Shown one piece after another: positions 1-11,542 of a stretch of DNA of 64,000 nt. Origin of the DNA: the human T2T-CHM13v2.0 reference genome, Homo sapiens; assembly GCF_009914755.1 (NCBI RefSeq), contig NC_060939.1, one strand, 5' to 3'. Below the pieces are notes generated by a model. The model did not search any database. It was given only the letters and a program-made list of their open reading frames with translations, and was not told the DNA's origin. Position numbers and translations under genes: made by a program. How positions within the stretch are numbered: the first letter of the stretch is position 1; each line of letters begins with the position of its first letter.

Positions 1-59
1 CATCAGAACCCCATCCCCACTGAACATGCAATTATTTTCCTTAGTTTCTATTTTGCAAA

Positions 60-800
60 CTAAGCAAATATATAAATATTATTATTTGTATTTGTTTCTT
101 ACACAAAAGATAACCATATACACCCTGCTTTGCATCTTGCTTTTTCATTTAACAGTGCATCCCAGAGACCACTGTACAAGTACGTGTTCATAGAGACTTT
201 CCTCATTCTTTTATCAGCCTGCCTAGTACTCAGTATGCAAATGAACCACAATATATTCAACCAGTACCCCTGTTGAGGGGCATTTGAGTTGCTTTCCATC
301 TTTTGCTTTAACAAATAATGCCACGATGAATAACCATGCACTTATTGGTGGAGTAATATCTTCAGGATAGATTCCTGGAATGAGATAGCTGGGTCAAGGG
401 TAATTGTATATGCCTTTTGGTTAGACATTGCCAAATTCTCCATTTTGCATTCCAACCAGTAATGTGTGTGACAGCAGATACACAGAGTGAATGTCAAGCT
501 TTTGGATTTTTATCAGTTTGGTAGGTGAGAAATGGTAGTTCAATGACATTTTAATATGCATTTCTCTAATTGTGGGACTGAACAGAGTTTTGAGTGTTGA
601 AGAGCCACGTGCCTTTCTTTTTGTTATGAAATGTCTGCTCATGTCTTTTACTCATTTTTTTCTTAGGTTTTTGCCCTCTTTTTCTTCTCTATTTCCAAGA
701 GCTCTTTATATGTGAACCCTTTCTCTGTGATACAGATTGCAAACGTTTCCCTGCAATGTGCCAATTGTCTTTGACTTTGTTTTTGGTGTGTTCTGTATCG
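60..800 (-). mobile_element. Old L1M fragment (ORF2 3' end / 3' UTR)
   Basis: Antisense L1 motifs such as 'gatagctgggtcaagggt', 'ttttgcattccaaccagtaatgt', 'tgcatttctctaatt'; the minus ORF 421-642 resembles a degenerate ORF2 C-terminus. Confidence 0.8.
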
Positions 801-1221
801 GGGTTTATCTTTGGAAAAGGAGGAAGGTAAGAGACAAAAGCTGCTAGAGCTTCCTTAGCAGGATTTCAGGCCAAGAAAGCAGCCCAAATCACATGTGTAA
901 ACATCCAGGAATCTGGAGACAGGAGCCATGGAGACTGTTGTGAGCCATCATGGCCATAACCCTCCTCCTCCCACTGAGCTCAGGGGATCCAGCAGACAAG
1001 GTGAGCAGTCCTCAGAGAGAGGCCAGGGGTCAGGTCCCTTGATGGGCTGGGTCTGTACAGAGGCTGTGAAATTCCTCCTGAGCTCAGCAGGACGTGGCAT
1101 TTGACTCTAGGAGAGCAGAGCATTCCAGACCCCACCCAGAACAGGGCATGAGGTAAGCCAGTCATGGGAGGAGAAGGGCAGGACCTGGGGTCAGTCCTGA
1201 GTGGGACCCTTGCTGACTCAC

Positions 1222-1246
1222 CCCAGGCCATGGGGCCTTCCCACAC
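1222..1246 (-). other. Candidate 25-nt internal exon containing an ATG (possible start codon, M-A-W-)
   Basis: Minus strand reads gtttccctttctttatag|GTGTGGGAAGGCCCCATGGCCTGGG|gtgagt: pyrimidine tract plus AG acceptor, consensus donor, ATG followed by G. Confidence 0.5.
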
Positions 1247-1371
1247 CTATAAAGAAAGGGAAACACCAGAGATCCCAATTCTAGTACTAGAGGGAAGTTA
1301 GAGCTCCCAGCTGCCTCGGTGGACTCTGTATGTGCAAAACATGAAAACTAATATTAGAACTGCTAATAAAT

Positions 1372-1590
1372 GTTGATATATATTGGCACTTACAGAGTTT
1401 ATAGTTTGAACTATATGGAATTTCTGTTTTACGAGGCAGAAATGGTTAAATATTAGCAATTTCATATGGCTCCATCCAAAATGTACCAGGAGTGTTCTAA
1501 ATGCTTTCTATGTATCATCCCATTGTATTCTCACAACAACCTTACAAGATAGATGCTTATCTGAGGAAATTGAGGCTCAGAGAAATGAGG
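1372..1590 (-). mobile_element. MIR fragment interrupted by a MADE2 MITE
   Basis: 'tattggcacttac'...'tgtaccagg...attctcacaacaacctt...gaggaaattgaggctcagaga' is antisense MIR. Confidence 0.7.
1399..1480. mobile_element. MADE2 (Hsmar2-derived ~80-bp MITE)
   Basis: Degenerate palindrome 'gtttgaactatatggaattt...aaatggttaaatattagcaatttcatatggctcca' matching the recalled MADE2 consensus. Confidence 0.75.
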
Positions 1591-1681
1591 CTCACCTTCA
1601 GCCTCCTCTCTCTTCTTCTCTGTCTGGCAATTTCTCCCAGACCAGAGCTCACTTACTGCCAGATGTTAACAAGAACCAGGA

Positions 1682-1984
1682 GGACGGGCATGAGGGCTCA
1701 AGTCTGTAATCCCAGCACTTTGGGAGGCTGAGCCCTGGAGTTCAAGACCAGCCTGAGAACATGGCAAGACCCCACCTCTACAGAAAATACAAAAAATGAG
1801 CCAGGTATGGTGGCGTGCACCTGTAGTCCCAGCTTCTTGGGAGGTTGAGCAGGGAAGATGGCTTGAGCCCAGGAGGTAGAGGCTGCAGTGAGCCAAGATT
1901 TTGCCACTGCACTCCAACAAAGGAGACAGAACAAGACCCTGTCTCAAAAACACAAAAACAAAAACAAAAATAAAAAAAACAAAA
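1682..1984 (+). mobile_element. AluJ with a small left-monomer deletion
   Basis: Alu dimer with 'gaggctgcagtgagcc' and 'agcccaggagg' (J-type); about 20 bp missing after 'gggaggctgag'. Confidence 0.93.
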
Positions 1985-2086
1985 TGAAGAGCTCCAGATA
2001 ACTTTGTTAAGAAGAGAAAGGGAAATTGATATTCACTGAGTGGTTACTCTACCTAATGCTTTACATAAAATATCCTTTTTAGTCCT

Positions 2087-2440
2087 TGTTATGGACTGAA
2101 TGCTTATGTCCCCCAAAATTCGGAGGTTGAAATCCTAACCCCAAGTGTGATGACGTTAGGAGGTGGGGCCTTTGGGAGGTGATGAGATCATGAGGTTGGA
2201 GCCCTCACAAGTGGGATTAGTGCCCTTGTAAGGAAGAGATAGGATAGAAATGATTTCTCTCTTGTTCATGTGAAGATACAAAGAGGAGACCACTATCTGC
2301 AAACCAGAATGCAAGCCTTCACCAGACACTGGATCTGTTAGCACCTTGATCTTGGACTTCCAGCCTCCAGAACTGTGAGAAGTAAATGTTGTTAAGTTGC
2401 GCAGTCCATGGTATTCTGTAATAGCAGACTGAACAGTCCT
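2087..2440 (+). mobile_element. MLT1A-type MaLR LTR
   Basis: Starts 'tgttatggactgaatg...gtcccccaaaattc'; contains 'ggaggtggggcctttgggaggtg' and 'ttggacttccagcctccagaactgtgag'. Confidence 0.88.
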
Positions 2441-2456
2441 CATAAGAACACTGCCA

Positions 2457-2755
2457 GTCAGGCGTGGTGGCTCACACCTGTAATCCTAGCACTTTGAGAG
2501 GCCAAGGTGGGCAGATTGCTTGAGCAACAGAGTTCAAGACCTGCCTGGACAACATGGTGAAATCCCATCTCTACAAAAAACACAAAAATTAGTTGGGTGT
2601 GGTGGCACACACCTATAGTCCCAGCTACTTGGGAGGCTGAGGTGGGAGGATCACTTAAGCCTGGGAGATTGAAGCTGCAGTGAGCCAAGATTGAGTCACT
2701 GTACTCCAGTCTGAGGGACAGAGTGAGACCCTGACTAAAAGAAAGAAAAAAAAAA
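2457..2755 (+). mobile_element. AluJ
   Basis: Full dimer with A tail and degenerate TSD aagaacactgcca / aagaatgctgcca. Confidence 0.95.
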
Positions 2756-2781
2756 GAATGCTGCCAAATTAGTGTCAATAG

Positions 2782-2900
2782 CTCCACTTTAGAGATGAGA
2801 AAATAAATGCTCAGAGTTTAAGGAACTTGCCTGAGGTCCCTCAGCAAGAAATTTAAGAGCCAAGATGCAAACTCACGTTTGTCTGTCTCCAAAAGCTGGG
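2782..2900 (-). mobile_element. MIR fragment
   Basis: 'ctccactttagagatgagaaaataaatgctcagagtttaaggaacttgcctgaggtc'. Confidence 0.7.
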
Positions 2901-3051
2901 TTCCTCCAAGATTCTGTACACACTCCATCTAGTGACATTGCTATGGCTCACAGACCTCTTTGGGAACTGTCTTCAGAACCAAAAAACTAGTCTCAACAAT
3001 ATGAGTTGTCCTTTACTGATGAGCCCTTTGCCTTCTCCCCTTCCTTCTGGA

Positions 3052-3310
3052 AGCAGCAGTGTGGCTGTTAAACAGGGAGACTTGGGTGTCAGATCAGCTG
3101 GGTTTGAATCTGCTTCCCTGCTGTGTGATCTTGGACAAGTTACTTAACCTTGCTATGCCTCAGTTTCCTCACAGGTAAAATGTGGACAAGGGGAGTTTAT
3201 TGTATCTCCCTTGAAAGGCTGCAATGATAGAGCAAGATAATTAATCCACTTAGAGCACTTAGCACCATGCCTAGTATATAAAGAGTGCTCAGTAAGCATT
3301 GGCAATTGTG
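3052..3310 (+). mobile_element. MIR
   Basis: Core 'gctgtgtgatcttggacaagttacttaacct...tgcctcagtttcctc' and 3' end 'gcacttagcaccatgcctag'. Confidence 0.85.
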
Positions 3311-6099
3311 ATCCTCTCCAGGCAAGCCCTGGCTGATTTACTGTGCCCTCCATGTGAGGTGAGGGTCCCCTCCTCTCTGCTCCCCCAGCATCTCAGGATG
3401 CCTGCCATGCACTTACCTCCTGGGCATTGGCATTACCTGCCTGCTGCTTTATACCTGGCATGAGCCATGTTCTTGCACTCTCAAGGCCTGGGGTCACTCT
3501 CACAGCAGATGAGCCAGGGGCCGCTTGGAGGGGATCACTGTCAAGCCCAGCTGGTCACTGGCCTGGCTGACCTGCTGATTACCCCTGGCAGACTGAACAC
3601 TGTCAGGATATTCTCATCTCCAAGCAGCAAGAACAAAGATGGCTCATAGGCAAAGAATGAATAAGCTAATGACTATTAGCTATTTTTAATCTTAAAACAT
3701 CAACCATCTCCACTGAGAAAACTCAAAATAGTTTGGAGCAGGGATGGGCAGGGGTTGGTTCCTCGAACAGTGGCGGGCTCACTGGATCTACGAGTATCCA
3801 GCCTCCCTAGGGAGCAAGCTCATTTGCATGGATAAATTCTGATCTGTGGTTTTCAAGTCAGTGCTTCTTTGTGTTCCCTACAGTGCCCTGCACACAGTAG
3901 GAGCTCAATAAATAGGTGTTTATTTTTTGAAGTATTCCAGAGCCCCTGAATTCACAAACAGAAACCAGAACCTGCGTCTCCTCCCTGGCAGGCCAGGCCT
4001 CGGTCCATCTGGGCAGACAGATGACCATTCACCGACCTGGCCCTCTGGGAATACTGTCCTGGCTCCAAGTGGGGCTGCTGAAAGGGGGCCATTCTCTCAT
4101 CTGAGTAGGGCCACAGACACTTCACAATGAGGATTTTTTTCTCAACTGCCTCACTTGACCTGTGGGTCTAACAGGCAGTGGGCAAAGCCCAGGAAAGGCC
4201 TGTGACAAATGGCCTTCCAGCAGCCCACGACCTACTCTACTCTCTTGGACTTCCCAAGACCTTGAAAAAACCAAGAAGGCTGCAACCTTTCCCTCTTTCC
4301 AGCTGCATGGGGAACGAGTGTCCCCAAGAAGGTGGGGGGCTTCTTCCTGTGGCCACAACATCTGGGCCATCACCCTTCTCTCCCTCTCCCTCTATCACTG
4401 CAAGGGGTCAAGAAGAGTCAGTTATCTTAAATTGTAACAGAAGTACTGCTTGACCAATGCGAGGATTTCTGCAGAGCCCGAGAGAGCACAGTACACCTTC
4501 CCCCTGAATCATGGCTCTGTCTCTGCAAAATGGGGCGCTTGGGAAGGGAAGGTCCAGAACCTTGTGGTCTATTGAGCCAGCTGTGTGTGGCTAGTGGAGA
4601 AGGTGAGGCATAATGGAGAAGAATGGGGATGGATGGGGGTTATGAGCCTGTGTTGAGGAGAAGGGAAGGTCTAACAGGAGAGTCTGGGATCTCCTGAGAG
4701 ATCCAGACCAACTGGTCTCATCTCTTGCTTTCGGCACCTTGCCCCAAACTTCTAGAATTTTCGTAAAGCCATTTAATAGAGACAGCACAGGACCCAGCAC
4801 CATGATTCCACCAAAGGTCTACATCATAGTCAAGGGTTTAGGTTGTGGGGACAGAGAGGCCTGTATTCCAATTCCCATTGGACAGGTCAGGAACTCTTCT
4901 GAGGAACGCGTCTGTAAAAAAGCAGGTAACACTATGTCCTTTCTTGTAGGATTGGGATAAGGGAAGCTCAGGACCTAGCACAGTGAGCACTGAGCAAGTA
5001 TTGGCCACCATGATTATCAAGTGCAAAAGCAGAAGGGTGCACAGGCAGCAAATCTACGAGTTATCATCTTTGGCTGGAGCCACAGGTGTGAAACATCATG
5101 CAAACTGAAAAGATAGATTGGAGATCATGCTGTGGAGGGCTGTGGGATGTTTATACTTAATTCAGTGGTCATGGGGAGCCATTGAAGGTTTGTGACCAAG
5201 GGAGAAATGTGAACTGAGACAGAATCAGGGAACAAGATGAGAATGGAGTTTGTGGACAGAGAATTCAGCCTGCGGTCTTGTCACCCATGTCCTTGTGCTC
5301 AGATTACCCCAACCCTAATGTCGTCTCCCCTCCACCCTCCAACCCCAGCCTACTCAGCAAACAGCTTCAGCCTTGCCCTTGAGAATCACAATTTTCTTCT
5401 TTCCTGCCCTCTGATGGGAATGTGAAATCTTGCTTGAATTTGCTGAGTTAAAATAACAGGACTTAGCGAGAAATAGCAGGTCTGCACTGGTTTCTAAGCA
5501 GGCCCCAGTTTGATTTAATGCTAATTTAGTGTGAGTGCCATTTTCACATGTGTTTCTTCTCACTTTACTAGGATTTCAATTTTTTTTCTTTTCCTCTGCA
5601 GTGCTCTTTGCCAATCTCCGATAAGAGGATCCTTGGAAAATCCAGACACGAGTCTGGCAGTCTGTTGGCGTACCTGTTATGTTTGAATCTGTAAGGAGAG
5701 ATGTGCCAAAAGCAGTGTCACTCTGGAGCTGGGCCATGGTGTGTGTAAGGGTAGGGACTGGTCTGCCTTGCTCTCTGATGGACTCCGCACACTTGGAAAT
5801 GTGCCTGGCATGCAGCAGGCGCTCAGTAAATGGATGCTAGTGGAGAAACTGTGGAAGGATGGATTTGCCCACCATTGTAAGCCTGTGAAAGTCTAAGAAA
5901 CACCACACAGGGCTGCGGACCTCCCCCTCAGGAGTGAGTGGATGGCATCTGCCCTGCTCTGGAATGTGGCACAGGACTCCTTCTGGTGAAAGGGGAGGTG
6001 GTGGGGGGTGGTTAATGAGCAGGTATTGGAGGGAGGAACACGTAGGAAGGTGTGGTTGGCCAATCTAATATCCACCCGGACTAAAACCCCTGGCATCTA

Positions 6100-6720
6100 C
6101 AGCCTCCGTCTGAGAATGAGTCTGGCCGGCATGCCCAGCGGCGGCCCAGATGGGGCATGACATCAAAACAGCACACGGGAAGGGGCGAGGCTCCCACGGC
6201 CACCTCAGCCCCACCCTGGCACCCTGGCATGCCCCTCACGCTTCCCCCGGCACCCACTGCAGAGTGACCATGACAAAGGCAACACCTTTACTGCCTTCTC
6301 AGGTGGCGGACGCCCGTGACCCTCAGCTCGAGAAACCCATCTGTGGGGGTCAAGCAGTCAGGGTCTAGGCCTGGCCTTCCATGCCCGAGCAGAGCCCAAG
6401 GCAGGGCCCCAAGCCCTGGGCAGAGCGTGCCCCTCCCGCGGTCCAGGGGTCCGCGGCGGGCAGCACATACCTTCCCGGCGTGGTCAGGACACGCGGCCCC
6501 ACGCGCGGGCCACACAGGACACTGGGAGGTCTGAACCCAGGGCAAGCATCCGAGGCAGCCAAACAAGGGCGGGCTTTGTGCGCGGGCGACGGCAGGACTG
6601 CGAGTCCCCCGCACCCCTCCCGGCCCAGATCCCAGCCCCTGCCCAGCAGATTCCTGCGGGCCGTATCTTGGCAGCGCGGCAGCCCCTGACCCGGCCCTCG
6701 CTTTCCCCTCTCTCTCCAGG
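6100..6720. promoter_or_regulatory. CpG island, candidate promoter / first exon
   Basis: GC-rich unique sequence with dense unmutated CpG, a GC box (gggcgg near 6568), a minus-strand donor AAG|gtatgt at 6471/6470 and a plus-strand acceptor at 6719/6720. Confidence 0.72.
6471..6620 (-). other. Candidate first exon of a minus-strand transcript (5' end unknown)
   Basis: Ends ...CGCCGGGAAG|gtatgt inside the CpG island; the upstream boundary is a guess. Confidence 0.4.
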
Positions 6721-7309
6721 AGAAGAGCCCCAGATGGAAGAGAAGAGCCTGGACCTCCGAAGGATGCAAATCACCCACTGAATCAGCAGATAGTGGCAGA
6801 ACAGACACAAACTTGCTTTTTGGGAAGACAAACACAAGGGCCCACTTTGCTGCTCCCCGCCCACCACTGAAGGGGCGGAATGTGCTTCTAATACAGGGGT
6901 TGAAGGTCCTCCCCAAGGGTCCCAGCACCCAGTCTCCCTATGGCCCCCAGGAGTGAGGGGCCTGCACAGCTGAGACATCTTTGCTTCTCCTCCTCTCTGA
7001 GCTATGCCTGTCTGGCTATAGCAGGGAGCCCGTGTGCTGAGCTCACTGCAGGGACAAGCTGATGGGAACCTGAGGAGAGTCTCCGGGGTTCTCACCCTAA
7101 GATCTCAGTCCCAAGCCACCCAGTGCTCCCAAGACCCATGGCCACAACAGACCAGACCCCCTGCCTCTCTCCCAGGACCTGGCCAGGGCTCTACCAGAAG
7201 ACTGATCCTGCTGGAGTCGATTTGATCTTGGGAAGGGAGCTATTGGACTGTTCTCTGGCCATCCTCACACTCTGCTGGAGAATGTCCACACAAAGGCATG
7301 ACCTTTCAG

Positions 7310-7556
7310 GAGGGCAACTTAGAAACACCTGGCAAGGTCTTTAAAATGGTTCTTCCTTCTGATGAGTTATTTCAAGGAATTTATCCTAAGAAAGGAATTG
7401 TAAAAGTGCACAAAGCATTACAGATAATAACAAAGCAATGGGAACAAGTTCATGGCCACCGATAGACTATGACATAGACATTGCAAATAACGGATATGGG
7501 AAAAATTGTCGTAATAGATCATTAAGTGGAAAAAATGTAAGATAAAAACCGTATGG
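7310..7556 (+). mobile_element. L1ME-type 3' fragment
   Basis: 'aggaatttatcctaagaaa', 'attaagtggaaaaaa'. Confidence 0.6.
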
Positions 7557-7860
7557 GGCCGGGCACAGTGGCTCACACCTGTAATCCCAGCACTTTGGGA
7601 GGCTGAGGTGGGCGAATCACTTGAGGTCAGGAGTTTGAGACCAGCCTGACCAACATGGTGAAATCCCGTCTCTACTAAAAATACAAAAATTAGCTGGGCA
7701 TGGTGGCATGGGCCTGTAATCCCAGCTATTCAGGAGACTGAAGCAGGAGAATCACTTGAAACTGGGAGGCGGAGGTTGCAGTGAGCTGAGATCACACCAC
7801 TGCACTCTAGCCTGGGCGACAAAGTTAGACTCCATCTCAAAAAAAAAAAAAAAAAAAAAA
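7557..7860 (+). mobile_element. AluS
   Basis: Full-length dimer, 'gaggtcaggagtttgagaccagcctgaccaacatgg', poly(A) tail. Confidence 0.96.
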
Positions 7861-8020
7861 TGTGTATTTTCAGTTTCGGAGCTTTAATAGATCTTAAGGA
7901 AGCCGGTATTCTGAGTAAGAAGAAGCTGAGAACTAAACTAAAGAGCAACAAGGATTTCCCATGCCTAGTAATAAATGCCACAGGGTTTTCTTGATAATCA
8001 AATGAAATAATGCTAGCTAG

Positions 8021-8152
8021 CTAATATCAGAACTGCTAATAGTTAAACGCTGATATATATTGGCACTTACAGAGTTTATAGTTTGAACTATATGGAATTT
8101 CTGTTTTATGAGGCAAAAATGGTCAAATATTAGCAATTTCATATGGCTCCAT
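8021..8152 (+). repeat. Local duplicate of 1348-1475 (flank + MIR + MADE2)
   Basis: Direct alignment by eye: 6 substitutions and one 4-nt indel over about 130 bp. Confidence 0.92.
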
Positions 8153-9189
8153 TATTTCATCTGCTTAAGATGTAGAGGGAAATTTAAAAAAAAAACTATA
8201 TTAAGACAATGGAAGGCAGGAAAGAAAGTAAAAGAGGAAGAGGAAAAGCAAGATAAAGAAAGCCTATCATAAGATGGCAAAAACAATAATGACATCAGTA
8301 ATGAATCCAAATATTAAAAGTCTAAACTCAATACCTAAAATGTTTGCCAGACTTGGTTTAAAAAATACGTACATAAAGCAAAAAGTGATAGAATTATAAG
8401 AAATTTATAAATTCACATCGATAGTGTGTGATAGTTATAAGAGAAATAGTCAAAACAAGAAAGAGAAACCTTAAAAATAAAAGACTGGAAAAGATATACC
8501 TAGAAATATTAACCTCTCACCCCCCAAAAAGCTGCTGTATCTGTATTAAACTTGAAGATAAAAAGCATTATTGCAAATATGAAGAAGTACCTAATTATAA
8601 AAGGAGTGGCTCACCAGGAAGCTATAAGAATTATAAGTTTGTAGGCATATAATAAATTTGGTATCCAAATTTATAAAACAAAAAGCAATAGAGTTACAAG
8701 AAGAAATTTCTAAATCCTCAATCATGATGGAAGATTTTTATTACACTTCTCTCAGTAACTGATATATTAAGCAGACAAAAATTTAGTAAGGACATAGACT
8801 ATTTGAAGAATGCAATTACGCTTAATCTATGGACATATATAGAACTATGTACCCAACACATAGAGAAATACTTTTCAAGAACACATAAAATATTTGCTAA
8901 CACTTATTATGTACTAGGCATAAAGAAAATCATAATAAAAACCATAATCGGTATCATATAAACCCTGTATTTGAAAACAGGGCAATTAAAATAGACATCA
9001 AGAACAGAGAGATAACTAAATTTAATGCCATACATTTTGAAACGCTTTTAAAACAAACTTCTAGATAATTCATGAGTTAAAGAAAAAATCAAAAGTTGGA
9101 AAATATTTAAAATTGGATGACAGTGAAAATCCTGTGTATCAAAACTTATGGCATGGGTGCCTTTTCCCTTCTCTTCCTTCCTGATCCAC

Positions 9190-9760
9190 TCAGTGCTAAG
9201 CTATTGGATGGACAGAGCAAGGTAACTGACACATACCCACTCGGAGGGGTGGCCTGGAACCAGCACCACATCCTCAGAGGAGGGAGAAGCACATCCATGC
9301 AGGGGGGCGGCTCAGCATGGGGAGTCAGAGCCCAAGCTGGGGGAGAGGGCAGCTGTGCGAGCAAGCAGCCCAGTGTGTGGTGTAGAAGCCCAAATGTGGT
9401 GAGGATGGCATTCATATACGGGGCATACCTGACAGGAGGTGTCACTCTGGGTGAAGAGGACACCCATGAATGCCACACCAATACAATTCCAATCTTACAC
9501 CCAGGGTTCATTCACGTATTTCCCTTTCCATATGTGGACTTCCCTTCTCCAACAGCAAGAAGCCTGGCTCTCCTTGTCCTTAGTCTACGGTTGCATTCCA
9601 TTCATTCCCCCTTGTCAATACCGCTCACCACTGTTACTGCCTCTCCTCCAAAAGAGACAGACACCTTTCTTACTCTAGTTAGTCTCTGGCACTCCATCCG
9701 AAATACTCTGCACTTTACGTTGAACTTTTCTATAAGTTAGAGACTGCATTTAAAAATTCA
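9190..9760. mobile_element. L1MC/L1MD 3'-UTR-like pieces in opposite orientations inserted into L1 ORF2
   Basis: Plus: 'ggggagtcagagcccaag...gagggc' repeats. Minus: 'gagccaggcttcttgctgttggagaaggg...atatggaaaggg...aatgaaccctg'. Confidence 0.55.
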
Positions 9761-10057
9761 TTTAAAAACAAAGTGAAACTTACAGGATGCTGCTAAATCA
9801 GTAAAGGCACATTTATAGCCTTAAATGCTTATATTAGAAAAAAAGACTGAAAATTAGTCAGCAAAGTACCCAAGACAATTGAGAAAGAAAAACAGAGTAA
9901 ACTTAATGAAAGCAGAAGGAAGGAAATAATAAAGATAAGTGCTGGCAACTACATAAGGTCATGTAAACGCCTCCACATTTCTGGAGAGAGTGAAACTTGA
10001 TATACTAATTTGGAAAACAATTTTCCTCACCTAGTAAAGTTTAAAATGCACACCTAT

Positions 10058-10321
<264 letters not shown>

Positions 10322-10899
10322 AAAATGCACACCTATGACCCAACAATTCCACCCTCAGAAACTTCTGCACATGCCCCAAGAGACAGTAGAAGAATGCTGT
10401 TAGCAGCATTGTTATAGTAGCCAAAAAAAAAATCAAATCAAATAAAAACAAATGAAATGTCTATTGATAGAATGGATAAATAAATCATGATCTATTCATA
10501 CGATGGAATACTGTGGGTTAGTAAAAATGATTAACCACAGCTACACTCATGACCACAAACGAATTTCAAAATCATGATGAGCTAGTGACAGAAGAATGCA
10601 CATTGCTAAAAATATGCAAGAAAATATAGGATAAAGTATTTATGACCTTGGGAATAGGAAGAATGTCTTTAAAAAGACATGCAAAGTATAATGGGAAAGA
10701 TTGATAAAACTGACAATATTAAAATTAAAACATCCTGCATCATAAGCTACTATAAACAAAAGAGAAAGACAAGCCACAGGCTGGGAGAAGATAGTTGCAA
10801 CACATTTAACTGATGAGGGATTAGTCTCCAGAATTCATAAAAGAATTATTAAACAACAGCAAAAAGACAAGCTCAAGAGTAAAAAATGGGCAAAGGGTA

Positions 10900-11542
10900 T
10901 GTGAAAGGAAAATAAATCTTTATATATATATATATATATATTTTATTATACTTTAAGTTCTAAGGTACATGTGCACAACATGCAGGTTTGTTACATATGT
11001 ATCCATATGCCATGTTGGTGTGCTGCATCCATTACCTCATCATTTACATTAGGTATATCTCCTAATGCTATCCCTCCCCCCAGAAAATAAATCTTGAGAC
11101 CCCAAAATCGTTAAGCTAAAGGGAAAAGTCCACCTGGGAAGTGCTTAGGGCACACTTGCCTCCCATTCTTTTCAAAGTCATCCTTCTGCTCACTGAGATA
11201 AATGTATATCTGATTGCTTCCTTTGGAAAGGCTAATCAGAAACTCAAAAGAATGCAACTATTTTTCTCCTATCTACCTATGACCCAGAAGCCCCCTCCCC
11301 GCTTGGAGTTCTCCTGCCTTTCCAGACGTAACAAATCTTACATATATTGATTGTAAGATTGTTCATCTTATATATATTGACTGATGGCTCAGGTCTCCCT
11401 AAAATGTATAAAACCAAGCTGTGCCCTGACCACGTTGGGCACATGTCATCAGGACCTCCTGAGGCTCAGGGCACGTCCTTAACCTTAACAAAAGAAACTT
11501 TCTAAATGGACTGAGACCTGTCTTGGGTATTTTGGGTTAACA
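10900..11542 (+). mobile_element. MER4A-type ERV1 solo LTR
   Basis: 'tgtgaaaggaaaataaatctt...ccccaaaatc...aagctaaagggaaaagtc'; TG...CA termini; 4-bp TSD ggta at 10896-10899 and 11543-11546. Confidence 0.88.
10921..11082 (-). mobile_element. Severely 5'-truncated L1PA 3' end inside the MER4A LTR
   Basis: 'ttttattatactttaagttct...ggtacatgtgcacaacatgcaggtttgttacata'; (TA)n tail; 13-bp TSD gaaaataaatctt. Confidence 0.93.

Noticed and set aside
820-1160. Plus-strand donor-like sites (AAG|gtaaga, AAG|gtgagc, GAG|gtaagc) and an ATG near 928
   Set aside because: No convincing paired acceptor or promoter and no recognisable peptide; such sites occur by chance.
6150-7095. Overlapping 100-200 aa ORFs on both strands
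   Set aside because: Expected in GC-rich CpG-island DNA with few stop codons; no recognisable domain.
9117-9740. 207-aa ORF as a gene or retrogene
   Set aside because: Starts in L1 ORF2 and runs through L1 3'-UTR-like sequence; no poly(A), TSD or protein similarity.
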